Shown in pieces: positions 39,040 through 51,000 of a DNA stretch of 64,000 nt. Position 1 is the stretch's first letter; each line of letters starts with the position of its first letter. The stretch is taken from NCBI RefSeq assembly GCF_026571515.1, contig NW_026862742.1, positions 186,001 to 250,000 of the forward strand, in the 5' to 3' direction. Position numbers and translations under genes: made by a program. The notes beneath the pieces are model-generated. The model ran no database searches and was not told where the DNA came from. It saw only the letters and a list, made by a program, of their open reading frames with translations. The DNA comes from Ruditapes philippinarum. Its lineage: Eukaryota.

Positions 39040-39496
39040 TTAACCCTTTACTTCATGAGCATTTTGTGAAAAATGGCTGTTTTCATTGAAAAGTCTCATT
39101 GCCTTTGTAACAACATGCCCAGGCTTAAATTTCAAAATTGCCAAAGATCACTAATTTGCATTGATTTTTGCCATCAAAATTGATTTCAAGGTGCTGCAAC
39201 TTTTCAATGGATCGAGATAGAGTCAAATGCTTTACAGAGCTGGTTACACGTTACCTTATGATCGATCTGTGGTCATTTTTAACCACCCAAACAGAAGGGG
39301 GCAAATCCCCTTCTGGCAACCCCCTGATGTATCTTTTGGTTGGGGGCCGAGCCGAAAAAGTGGTCACTTTTTTAAACAACATTTCTCAAACAAAAACAAG
39401 TGTTGGGGGCCTAAATAAGGCATTTTTCACCATTTGAGACAACAAAAAGGGGGTGAAAAGGGCGTTAAAAGGTGTGTATATCGCGTAATGGGTTAA
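39040..39496 (+). mobile_element. piggyBac-like TTAA MITE (internally deleted copy)
   Basis: TTAA|CCCTTTAC...ATGGG|TTAA; colinear with 63334-63968. Confidence 0.75.
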
Positions 39497-39699
39497 CAGA
39501 AAATGATGAAAATACCTGAAATTACCTTTTCTAGAATTTTTCATTTTTTTTCATTAAATTGAATTTTGAGCAATAACTTAAATCAAGACGCTAAGCATTA
39601 CAATGAGAAAGAAACTTTCAGAAATATAAAAAATGAAGAAGTAACTAATAAATATGTGAATTACCCGTTTACTTCGACGGTTTGAATAGAAAGAAAACA

Positions 39700-40300
39700 G
39701 TAGATGCGAATATACTCAAGAGAATCTCCTGCTTGCTCGGCTTTAAACAGTCTTCTGTTTGCGTCAATTTTAATGTTTGGGTCTCCATTAAACAAAGTTT
39801 GGAGAGTTACTGAACGGATGGTAGATATATTATTAAGAAGACATTCCCTACTGTCAACATAGCGTTGACATTTAATGATAAAGTCACAATTCCTTTCCAC
39901 TATGCCACACTGACACAGAGGAGATGGAGAAAGATTTTCCTTAAATAGATGATCTGAGCCGCGTCAAAGATCCATGCTGTTCGCTATCAGTTTCTCTATT
40001 TGTTGTAGGGTTTGTAAGCGAACAGCATGGATCCTGATCAGACTGCGCGGATGCGCAGGCTGGTCTGGATACATGCTGGTCGCAAACCCACCATGTTGGT
40101 TTTGTCGTGACGCGGCTCAAAATTTTTAGAGAACAACATTCAGTAGGAAGTAAAGCGTGATAGATCTGCCGCTTCCTATCGCCTTCATAGAAATAAATGG
40201 GGCATTTACAGCTGTTTGTCTCAAATGTGATTTGAAAGAGAGGAGTGATCGTAAATTGTCTACTTCACTAGGAAGGACAGATGGTAGAAAACATTTTCGT
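39700..40300 (-). mobile_element. Degenerate CR1-group LINE ORF2 C-terminus, split by a MITE
   Basis: Minus strand reads LPSEVDNLRSLLSFKSHL...YFYEGDRKRQIYHA..TECCSL [MITE] DHLFKENLSPSPLCQCG.VE....IKCQRY...R..L, a zinc-knuckle-like LINE tail. Confidence 0.7.
39956..40118. mobile_element. Sola-like MITE copy with most of the left arm deleted
   Basis: GAGCCGCGTCA...TGACGCGGCTC, same family as 30143. Confidence 0.85.
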
Positions 40301-41499
40301 GCTCAAAAAGACTGCATATTCGTAGCATTGCGTAGATTGAACCTTCAAGTTTCATCTAGTAAACTGTTAAGTATTTCTTTTTCATTTTATAAAGTTAGAT
40401 AAGCATATAGTAAAACAAACTTATGGTTATTTCTACGATATTCTAAGGATTCCCTAGAACTTCATTATGGAGTTTATCTTAAATTTAAGTTTTGTAGCAC
40501 CACACACAATACGAGATTCATTTCGAATCTTGTCAATAACATTTTGGACACATTCTTATTTGTCGACATACATTGGTGAAAGCACATTAAAACATTTATC
40601 AGTCATTGTTTTATGCTTCCTAGCCAATGGTTTAACTTATATGGAAATACGTATCGTTGTTAAAGTAATTACAAAAGTTAATATTATTTACAAGAATATT
40701 GAAAAAAAATCCACTCATATCAATCTTAGTGAAACAATGACGATAACGATTAAGAATGACAATTACCTAGGAATCATGGGAAATCTTCTGGAAAAAGTAA
40801 TAAAATGATAAATATATAGGTTTTGGGAGTACCCATTTACATGGTGCGAATTGTGTGTTTTCATTAATGAAAAGAAGCAAAAAGTGGAACGTAATAGAAC
40901 AATTTATGAAATTAAGAAATCTACCGAAAATGTGCATTTAATCATAATTCAGCTAAAAAAAGAAAAAAACAAACAGTATTATATGAGATAACCTGGTACA
41001 TGAACAACAGTTGTAGCACAAAATATTCGGTTTACATGTTTTTGGAGAATGAACGTTAACAGCATTTAGTTCTTAAGTAAAGGTTAGCTATAATAAAGCG
41101 TTTACATTCTTATAAATATAGAAAGTGGATTATTGACTTAATCATATGCTGTGATAAGATTCCTAAGAACAGTGGTTAAACAATGTTTTATAATAGACAC
41201 ATAATCAAGTAATTTCAAGATTAAACAATATCATTATTAAATATAACAACACAAATTTATACATTGATTTACAGTAATTCAACTCGCTGCTTTGTAGCAT
41301 AATACAAATATTTAAGGATATTGAACGATTACATCTTAAATTCTGTAAGTGAAACAAAGTATTTGTACTGCAGCAATTTATAGCGAATTAGCTCCTTATC
41401 CATTATTTATTAAACGATATAAGCAAGTTATATATGGCTTAAAATAATTAATTTTTGAAAACTGCATGTATGCTCGAGTTAAATTACATGAAAACAACA

Positions 41500-41900
41500 A
41501 TCAATGATGGGCTTCTTAAGAGCATAGAATACTAAATGAGTATGGGTTTTCTGAATAAAAAGCCAAATGTTTTGTTAAACTTTTTAAACAAAGGCTTACT
41601 TGACTGCTTTTTGCAAAAGCTTTCAAGTGGTATTTCAAACAGTCCATTGTTAAGTAATATATATGTACATTTGTATAACTCATTTGAAATTGCCACCTAC
41701 CTAAAAATTTCTCCATAATAAAACTAATTAAAATGGCTTAGTAAGATTAAGACTATATCACATAAACTTCGGATTGGGATTGAAACAGGTATGGTGCCAA
41801 TAGAATACCCCGCGAGGAACGTTTATGTCAGTTTTGTCCTAGTAATGGGATAGAAGATGAATTTCATTATATTTTTTTATTTATTATGTGCAGCTAACAG
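41500..41900 (+). mobile_element. Degenerate LINE ORF2 C-terminal fragment
   Basis: Broken frames give SHKL.I.IETG, YGANRIPREERLCQFCPSNGIEDEFHYI, the H.L.IETGR...R.C..C....IEDE.H tail of non-LTR retrotransposons. Confidence 0.75.
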
Positions 41901-42048
41901 TTACTCTAATATACGTATTGTATATTGAATATGCTATACAAATATATGTTGAAACGACTATGCACTAAATGTATTCGTCAATGACATGTACATGTATCAT
42001 ACTATCGAATCAAAGGACTTGAGGTGAAGAAAGAGATGACTGCCTATA

Positions 42049-45000
42049 TCATTTACGTTTGATTTTCATTTCTGTTTTCAGCAATGACTCTGTGATGCCG
42101 CTTATTGTAAACCAAATAACGCCTTTCCCTGATTCAGAGCTTCCATACATACCGTTAAGATTTGAGTCATGACAAGCCTCGTACCACCATGCCCCAGTGT
42201 AAAGAACTGCACAATTTGTGGTGCTAGAAGGATCATTGTCATTATCTTTGGTTGAAAATTTTTGTCCGTTATGAATAGATAAACTGTCACCTGCAGTTCC
42301 ACTGTAGCCGGATACAGTAAGTTCGTATTTCTGGGACTCGCCTGTTGTTTTAAATGTGCTATATTCGGCATATTTGTGGACATTATTTTTATCATATAAA
42401 TCAAAACGAATTTTGTAATTGCCTCCACTTGTGAATGTGGCTATATTATCATTTCCGAGCCAGTAGTTACTTTCAACATCCCCGAAACCTTTCTTATATT
42501 CTGCCCATGTTTTATAAAAGTCACTCGAAGATATCCGTCTTTGAATAATAGTCCAACCACCGGAAGTTGTATCCATATCACAACGAACGCTGATACCAGC
42601 ATTTCCGGTTGGGTAAATCAAGTAAGATCCGGTTGATTTCAGTCCAAGACTTTGCACATCTTCACAATCTCTTAAAATACCACAACCAGGGCAGTTAGCT
42701 CCAATAGAATCTGTAATCATTGATCAAAATATAAAGTAAAATAAGTAAAATATATTATTTAAAAAGACACAAAATATTTTGGAATATTATTTTGTCATCA
42801 TACCATAACTTATGTCTTATTGAATGATTTATATAAATATATGTTTTATTACTTATTCCAGAATTCCATTGGAGAGAATCTAACATACAAACATGATGGA
42901 AATATCTTTATCATGTACAGACTACCATATAAAACCTTTAATGGTAAATCTTCACCTAAATGAAATCAGTAAACGTAGTTTGGTTTGTAGCATGGTCATG
43001 GTTCATATACAATTATTACTGTATATCATATTATTTAACAAATGAGCCGCGTAACGACAAAACCAACGTAATGCGTTTGCGACCAGCATGGATCCAGACC
43101 AGCCTGCGCGTCTGCGCCGTCTGATCAGGATCCATGCTGTTCGTTATCACTTTCTCTACTTGTTATAGGGTATGTAAGCAAACAGCATGGATACTGCGCA
43201 TCCACGCAGTCTGGTCTGGATCCATGCTGGTCACAAACGCATTACGTTGGTTTTGTTGTAACGCGGCTCAAATGCATTTTTTAACGTAATATATTAAAAG
43301 ATCCAGCAACACTTTTGAAGAAGCATAAGCTATTATTTTAATATTGTTGTAGTTAACAGACATGACACATATTGTGTCAATTATAAGGCTAAAGCTTTTG
43401 CTTTTGTAACAATATTCATTTATGACTTATACAGTATAAGTACAAGTAGTCTGTTGCTGACGTCAGAATTGCTTGATATCACAACAGAAACTACGGTATT
43501 GGATCAAAATACTAGAAATGATATATATAACTTTTTCCACTCATAAAATCTTATAAAGTTTCTCAAATGTGTATGAAATCTATTAATTTACTATTTTGTC
43601 AGCATTTGAGCCGCGCCATGACAAAACCAACATAATGGGTTTGCGACCAGCATGTATCCAGACCAGCCTGCGCATCCGTGCAGTCTGATCAGGATCCATG
43701 CTGTTCGCTTACCAACCCTATTACAAGTAGAGAAATTGATAGCGAACAGCATGGATCCTGATCAGACTGCGCGGATGCGCAGGCTGGTCTGGATCCATGC
43801 TGGTCGCAAACCCATTATGTTGGTTTTGTCATGACGCGGCTCATATATATATGTATATGAAAAATATTATTTTGTCAGCATTTGATATGACATTATTGAT
43901 ATTTAATTGTGTTGATATACAAGTCAACTGTACTCTAGGCTTTTTGATTAGGTTTTTCATATTTTATTTTATTTTTATTTTTTTATTATTATCTTCAATA
44001 TATATCTATCTAACATTATTATTAATAACTTATTGAGTTAATCAGGGACCTATTCTTTGTCCTCTTTTATTCATTTTTATTTTAATGATATCGCTTTAGC
44101 TACAATAAATAGTAATATAGATTATGCTGACGATTCTACCATATACAAGCATGTATCTGATCATAATTTGAATGCAATAGAAAGTAAACTTCAGAAAAAT
44201 ATGGATGGCATAGATCGATGGTGCAATTTAAACACTATCTTAGTCCATCATGCATGATATTAAGTACGAAACAAAAGTAATTATTGTTATGAACTATCAA
44301 ATATAGTTTCACTAATACTCGCCATAATTTTTATATGCTGTAAAAATTTAGTGTTCAAATATTGAGCAAGTTTTTCAAAGTATTTTACCTCTTGGACATA
44401 TGGTATCTATGTTAGACCACACACCTCCAGACAGACATGTTGCAACTATTGACGTAACACCAGTGGCAAAATAGTTCCCAGATGTGCATGTGACCATGCG
44501 TTGTGTACCTTGGGTTAGTCCACCAGGGCTCACGTTAGAATTGGGAACATTTGGGAGCTCGGAGCAACCTGACGATGTAATATTGTTTAAAGATATATTT
44601 TAACTCAATACATTAAAAAAAATAATCTTCATAATAACTATTCACTTAATTATCAACTTTAAACTTGATCAAATGCATTATCATTCATTCAGTTATTCAG
44701 TTAAAGCATCGATAAAGTTAATAAACCTAATTATAAAGATATTTTCTCCAATGGTCATGATTTAAAAAAAGCATGATAAGTATATTAGACAGTATTAATA
44801 AATGATTAAAATACCAGGAACACACTGCGGTAAGCTTCCACTCCATTGACCATCGTTACCACAGTCACGTTGTAAATCCCCACCAATGAGGATGTAACCG
44901 CTGGAACATGTATACGTGACGGTTGAGCCTTCAGTTGTTGAAACGTAACTTTTGCTAGCACCTGAAGTCGTAGCCGGTGTCCCACAGTCTGTAAACAATT

Positions 45001-48000
45001 TGATTACCTATCAATTTTGTTTCTTCTAGAACAAATTACTAAGGGATGGATTATTATATCAATAATATACATTTATTTGTATCGTGCCGTTTTCCATTTC
45101 CGGTTAAACATGTTATCTTCTATCGGCTGTTTATTTCAACAACTGTTTGGTTTAATATATAATAAGGGAATAAGATAGTTAACAAAAGTTTCTTAAAATA
45201 CATAAAAAATCAAGAGCGTTGCGGAAATTCTGTCTTACCCACAGTGCATGTTGGCAATATCCCGCCCCAATTACCGTCTGAGCCACAAACACGCTGTAAG
45301 TCTCCACTGGTGTGCGTGAAGCCATTCTGACAGGCGTAGGTGACGATGGAGCTCACAACAGTAGAGGAATACGAGCTATCTGCACCAGTCACTGAAGATG
45401 GTGTTCCACAATCTAAAAATGCCATACAATTTATTATAAAGTTATGATAGATTTACTTTGCTGCTTGACAAACCAATTTCAGTCAAAAATGTATGAATTA
45501 CTGACCTTCAATATACTGAACTTTCGCGAAGTTTATGATAGAAATAATAATTACAGCACATAATCATAAAGTTCCAGAAATTCCACCAACCACTGACTGC
45601 ATATAAAAACGCGAACATATTCCACCAAACACACATGCACCCACATAATAGACAATATAAATCAAACATATTGCAAAATCTTCGAAAAGAAGACAAATCC
45701 CGAGTCTCTCACACATTATATAGGATGATCAATGTCACTGTGTTTTTCTAACATTTCTATTGTTGTGAAAACTAGTAGCCATGTCTTTTTGATATATTTT
45801 ATTCTGATTATATATAAACTGTTAAATGGAAAGAAAAAATGACTTTCATGAAATAAAGTAAAAACAAAGTGCATTATAGAAAAGCTGAAAGGCTAACTCA
45901 CCCACAGTGCATGTTGGCAACATCCCGCCCCAATTACCGTCCGAGTCACAAACACGCTGTAAGTCTCCATCAGTGTGAGAATAGCCAGTCTTACAGGCGT
46001 ACGTGACAATAGAGTCCAAAACAGTGGAGGAATATGAACGACTCGCACCGGTTACTGACGACGGTGTTCCACAATCTAAAAGTTTCAATCCATTAGTTAA
46101 ATAATTATGTTTTTTGTCCCAAATATTGACTTAGATAATATGTCAAAACAAAATGGTAAGAATAAATAAAACATACATAGTACAAAAACTAACAAAATAA
46201 CAACACAAGAGCAATCAGTGATGGCATATCTAGCCTGATGATAGCAAATTAAGCAGTTGTATTAAGGGGTGATTGACCAGTATATTCCCTATTTGTCGCT
46301 GCTATATTGTAGATGTGTGGCAGGAGACACAGAAATCATTAACATGCCAAAACGCCTCTTTTATTCAAGGGCAATAACTCAGCCAAATATCACCCAACCA
46401 GAAAACCAGAGCAATATGCTCAAGTATTTAAACTACCAATCAATCCTGTAAAGTTTCGTTAAAATTACTTAACTTATATAAGAGAACTAGTCTGGACATA
46501 CTTAGAAAATAAAGTGACAAAAATCATTCTGGATAATGCCGACAATAGACTTAATTGGTGCTGATCATTCCTGTAAAGTTTGGATCAAATTGCACTAGTT
46601 ATTGAGGAGTAGTCTGGACAAGTTTTGTGACGGACGGACGGATGGAGAGACGGAGAGACTCTCTACGTGGTCTTTTTCCTTTGATTTTCTTTATCTCAAA
46701 AACCCCTTAAGCAACGTATTTTCAACCCATTAGCAATTTTTCCCCACAATACAAATCTGTTCGAAATGAACACGGATACTCATCTTATAGTGTTACTTCA
46801 AGTTTTGAGTTCATACGGACAGACAGACGACGGAGAAGCGATCTTTGTAGCGAGCAATACAAAAATAACAAATACATGTCTTTTCCACCAGTATAAAGCC
46901 TTAGAATACATGCATTTTGACCAGGTTTTTTGTAGCTAATTTTTAGTATATTGATATTGAAATCTTTTAAACTATGAATGGGTAATTCCAAATTCAAAGT
47001 AAAAGAGGCCAAAGTCCATTCATTGCATTAATTCAGCAGTTTATTGGTTAGAATTAGATTAAATTGTAAGATCCGTATAATATTATATATACGTAAACTA
47101 TGAACATAATTAAGAAGATAACTATTTGCATAAGTTTCAAGTTAATCAAAGTCTTACCTATAACACAGTCAGGTTGATTGGACCAAACCCCATGCGTGAG
47201 ACACTTGGCACTGTCTTGTCCAATATTGACATACCCAGGGTTACAGGTGTACATTATTTCTGACCCTATTGTATTCATGTTCCCAACAAGTTCTACATTT
47301 TCAAGTTGTGTAGTTAATGAACATTCTGTTTTGAATACATCAGGAAAAAAGAAAGAATGTAATTAAGTACTCCGTTAAATTACATGTGCCTTTAAATCTA
47401 GTATTTAAAACACATATTTTTCTTTTAAGTTGTGTGTGATCACAAAACAAAGCTAGAACTTATAATTGGTAAAGTTAAGACCTTCCTAAAATATATGTAA
47501 TATAAAGTAAACCTTACCTTTCGTTAAACAGTTGTTATTTTTACACACATCACCGACTGCACAGCTACATGTTTGCACCTGTACACGAAATAAAACTATT
47601 TTTTAACAAGGAAAACAGACTGTAAAGAGCTGACCATCATATAAAGAAGCACATTTCACACGGACCACCTTGTACAGAAATGACCATTTTCAAAAATTCA
47701 AAGTATGTTCAAAGGGCGATGCCTTGAAATTAAGAGGAATGTGGTTTTAAACTTAATATATATATTAAACTCAGAGAATTGAATGGGTATTGAAGGGAGA
47801 ACAAAATAAGAAAAAGCATCAGGGTAACAGATTAATATCTTAAAAATATACAAGTATATATCTTTTGAATGGAGAAAGGAAAGAAATGTTTGGTTTTATT
47901 ACCTCACCAAACTCTTCATCAAGGTCCTTGACTACATGATATTGTAAACTAAAAGAATCGACACTCATAGTTTGCATCAAAATCACCAGGGCTTGATGAT

Positions 48001-51000
48001 AATATCAGGCTTTGATGATGATAATAACAAAGTCTAGAAAAATTGTTAAAATATTTTATTTCTAATTTTATCTTTTCTATACAATTTTTTACCGAAATTT
48101 TTTCTTTGCGAACATAAGCAATATAAAATTGCTATAATTTTTTGTGTGTTTTTTTTTTTTTTTTTTTTTTTTTTTTTGGCAGAAAGCATCTATATCACGA
48201 AAGAAGGTACACATTTCAACCCATTGCTCAAAATTATATATTTTTCCTAACTTTTTGGGGTAAAGAAAATATAATTACATGTACCTGAACCTGATTTTAA
48301 ATCAAACTTTATCTTTAGATGAGAGCTCTAGATGGATGATCGCTGGCCTACTTGATATAGCAGTGTTACGTTGGCTATGTTCGCCTACAGCCATATAATC
48401 AAAAGTTGACATAACTAAAAATAAAACTATTTTTTTCACTTCTTTCAGCACAGTGTGGCCATACCACGTGACATTTACGTCATTTTTGGCATCATTTCCA
48501 AGACAAATATTGCTCGATTCGGAAAAGAAAATAGCCGTAAATATTTTATTTCTGTACCAATATCTTTGGGATATGCACCAGTCTACGGGGAAAAATATAA
48601 CCTTTCCACAGAATATAAGATCTTCGTCAGTTTATAAGCCGTTTTATCAAACACTTTGCATAACCTTGGAAGTTGCTTGTATTAGAGCGGGCTTCGGTTG
48701 CAAGCTATTTCGTTTTCTGGCGTTATTTGGTCTACGCCATGATTAATAGGTCAGGTTTACATCAACCGGGGGTACAGACAGCAAAATCCTACCTTAATAT
48801 GTTTATATGGTTATTATTTATGGCGTAAATCTTGCCATTTTCTTCAATTGTCAATTCTGGCACCAGTTCCAAGTCGAAAAAAGGGACTACAGTTTAAAGC
48901 AGATTTTAGAATCTGTTGCAAATGCAAAGCAACATGCCTACCGTTCTCTTTCTACAATTTACTGTTTCATTGTTGATCTTTCACAAAGAGATTGTGAAAA
49001 AACTGATTGTTCCTTAAAGCAATAACACTTACTTGTATCGCAATAGTGCACCGAAAAATAATATTTTGGTTTCGTTTTGAAGATGTTTAAAGTATTGCTC
49101 ATCTTATCCTATGTAGTAAAATGTGATTTATTCTATTTCACAATGGCGAAATTGATAAGAAATAAATGTGCTCTCAATGAGAGAAAGAGTTAAAATAAAA
49201 CAATGCTACGGAAAGGGTTACACTATAACGCGAGTGTTGTAAAAAGGCTTAAGGTAATTTTTTCAGTCTATTTTTTGTAAAGAGTAACTGACAAACACTG
49301 ACACTCGTGAAGGTGACGAATAGGTTATTCTGTCCTCAAAAGAGAGACTTTGAAAAGGTACATATTTTTCTGGAATTGCCGTATAATAAATTTCTATAAA
49401 GTTTGATAAACAAAAATCACAATTTAGAATTAAAATCCTGAATCTAATTGTCACGCGCATTAACATGACGTTCACATTTTATGCTTATTTAACTATAAGC
49501 ATATTCATCATCAGTCAGATTTTGTTCTTTGTGTAGAACAATTTTAAATAGCATTACATATAACTTGCAACTTTGCGTGTAAACCTGATAGTATTGTTAC
49601 TTAGTTGCGTTACTTATGATTCTCTATTTATCAAAAAGGCCCAAAATAGCCCTGAGTCGCCAATAAAAAACGAGAATGGACGCCATGTAGAGTAAACAAA
49701 GTAGAAAATAGTAAACAGATAAATGATTTTACAAACCAACAGCCATCGATCAAAGTCAAATTTCTTGAAAAAAACATTCTAAAAGTCGGACATAACAATG
49801 ATTATCAATAATTATATAAATATTTACATTAACATATATGTAATAGCAACACGACTGGGTCCATATATGACACTGATGCGTCCATTGAATCATTGATAGC
49901 TAACATAAGCTAAGTAAAATTACGATTACATTTGAAGAGTATATTCAATTTTATTCTTCAACTGTCAAATTACTTACTTCTTTATTCACATATCAGATAA
50001 TTCATTTATTTGGCATATGCATTATGTTTATCATGTTTTAGATTTTAATATGTGGTCCTTCTTTAAATCTTAAAATGCAACAAAAATCCTATTAAGGACA
50101 TCTGCAGGTCATGCCGCGTGCAATAATCCATGCATTTACATCCAATGACCACATCGATAAGAAATAGTCCCAAATAGCCCTACCGTTTTTATTCAATTGG
50201 AAGAGACATTATCGTTAAAAATTCTACTCGATTTAAATGTTTTCAAACCATAAATATTCCGTTCCCTTCCTCTCTTTACAATGTGTATTGGTGAGCTCTC
50301 TGATAAAGCTCGATTGACTGATATAATTAAAAAAATTGTCAGATATGTAGTTTATCAACAGAAATAAATGCAATAATAAAATAAATAGTGTTTAGTGTTC
50401 TTAAGTGAACGAAGTTATATCCAGTTCACGAAAAACGGTTACCGTGGGTATGAAAACAGGATGTAATATATTTTTTTATCAACGAGTGCCACTGTATTAA
50501 AAAGCTGAATCTATTATACTTAAACATTGCTACAGGTTTATAACATTATGGTTATACGTATAAATAACTCCTTTGACTTTGAAACTGCCGCGTTGAGGCA
50601 TAACGCTTTACAACATAAAAATGGAAATGATCCTGATTGTGCACGTTCATTGGACATTCTAGCTAAGTCAATTTTGCCGTTTATGGGTTTCTGTTTTCTC
50701 TCTATTTTGAATACGTTTAGTATTGCTACATGACACATATAGATTTTTCATACTCATTACCGTGAAAGAACAATGATTAAAGAGCAAATCAATTTCTTTA
50801 CAAATACACATGTACAGACAACAATATTACGACTTTTAAAATCACTTATAGCGCAGCAAGTAAAAATCATTTAAATATTCATTTGTGTTTATGTAAATCG
50901 TACAGTAAATAACAAATGTTTTTATGGTTAACATAATTATAGAGAGAGAACGATAGGCATGTTGCTTCGCATTTGCAACAGATTCTAAAATCTGCTTTAA

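Noticed and set aside
48449-48490. Perfect RSS heptamer CACAGTG at the left end of the 3-kb element
   Set aside because: The other end reads CTCAGTG, the CA is better explained as part of the AGCA TSD, and no nonamer lies at 12 or 23 bp.
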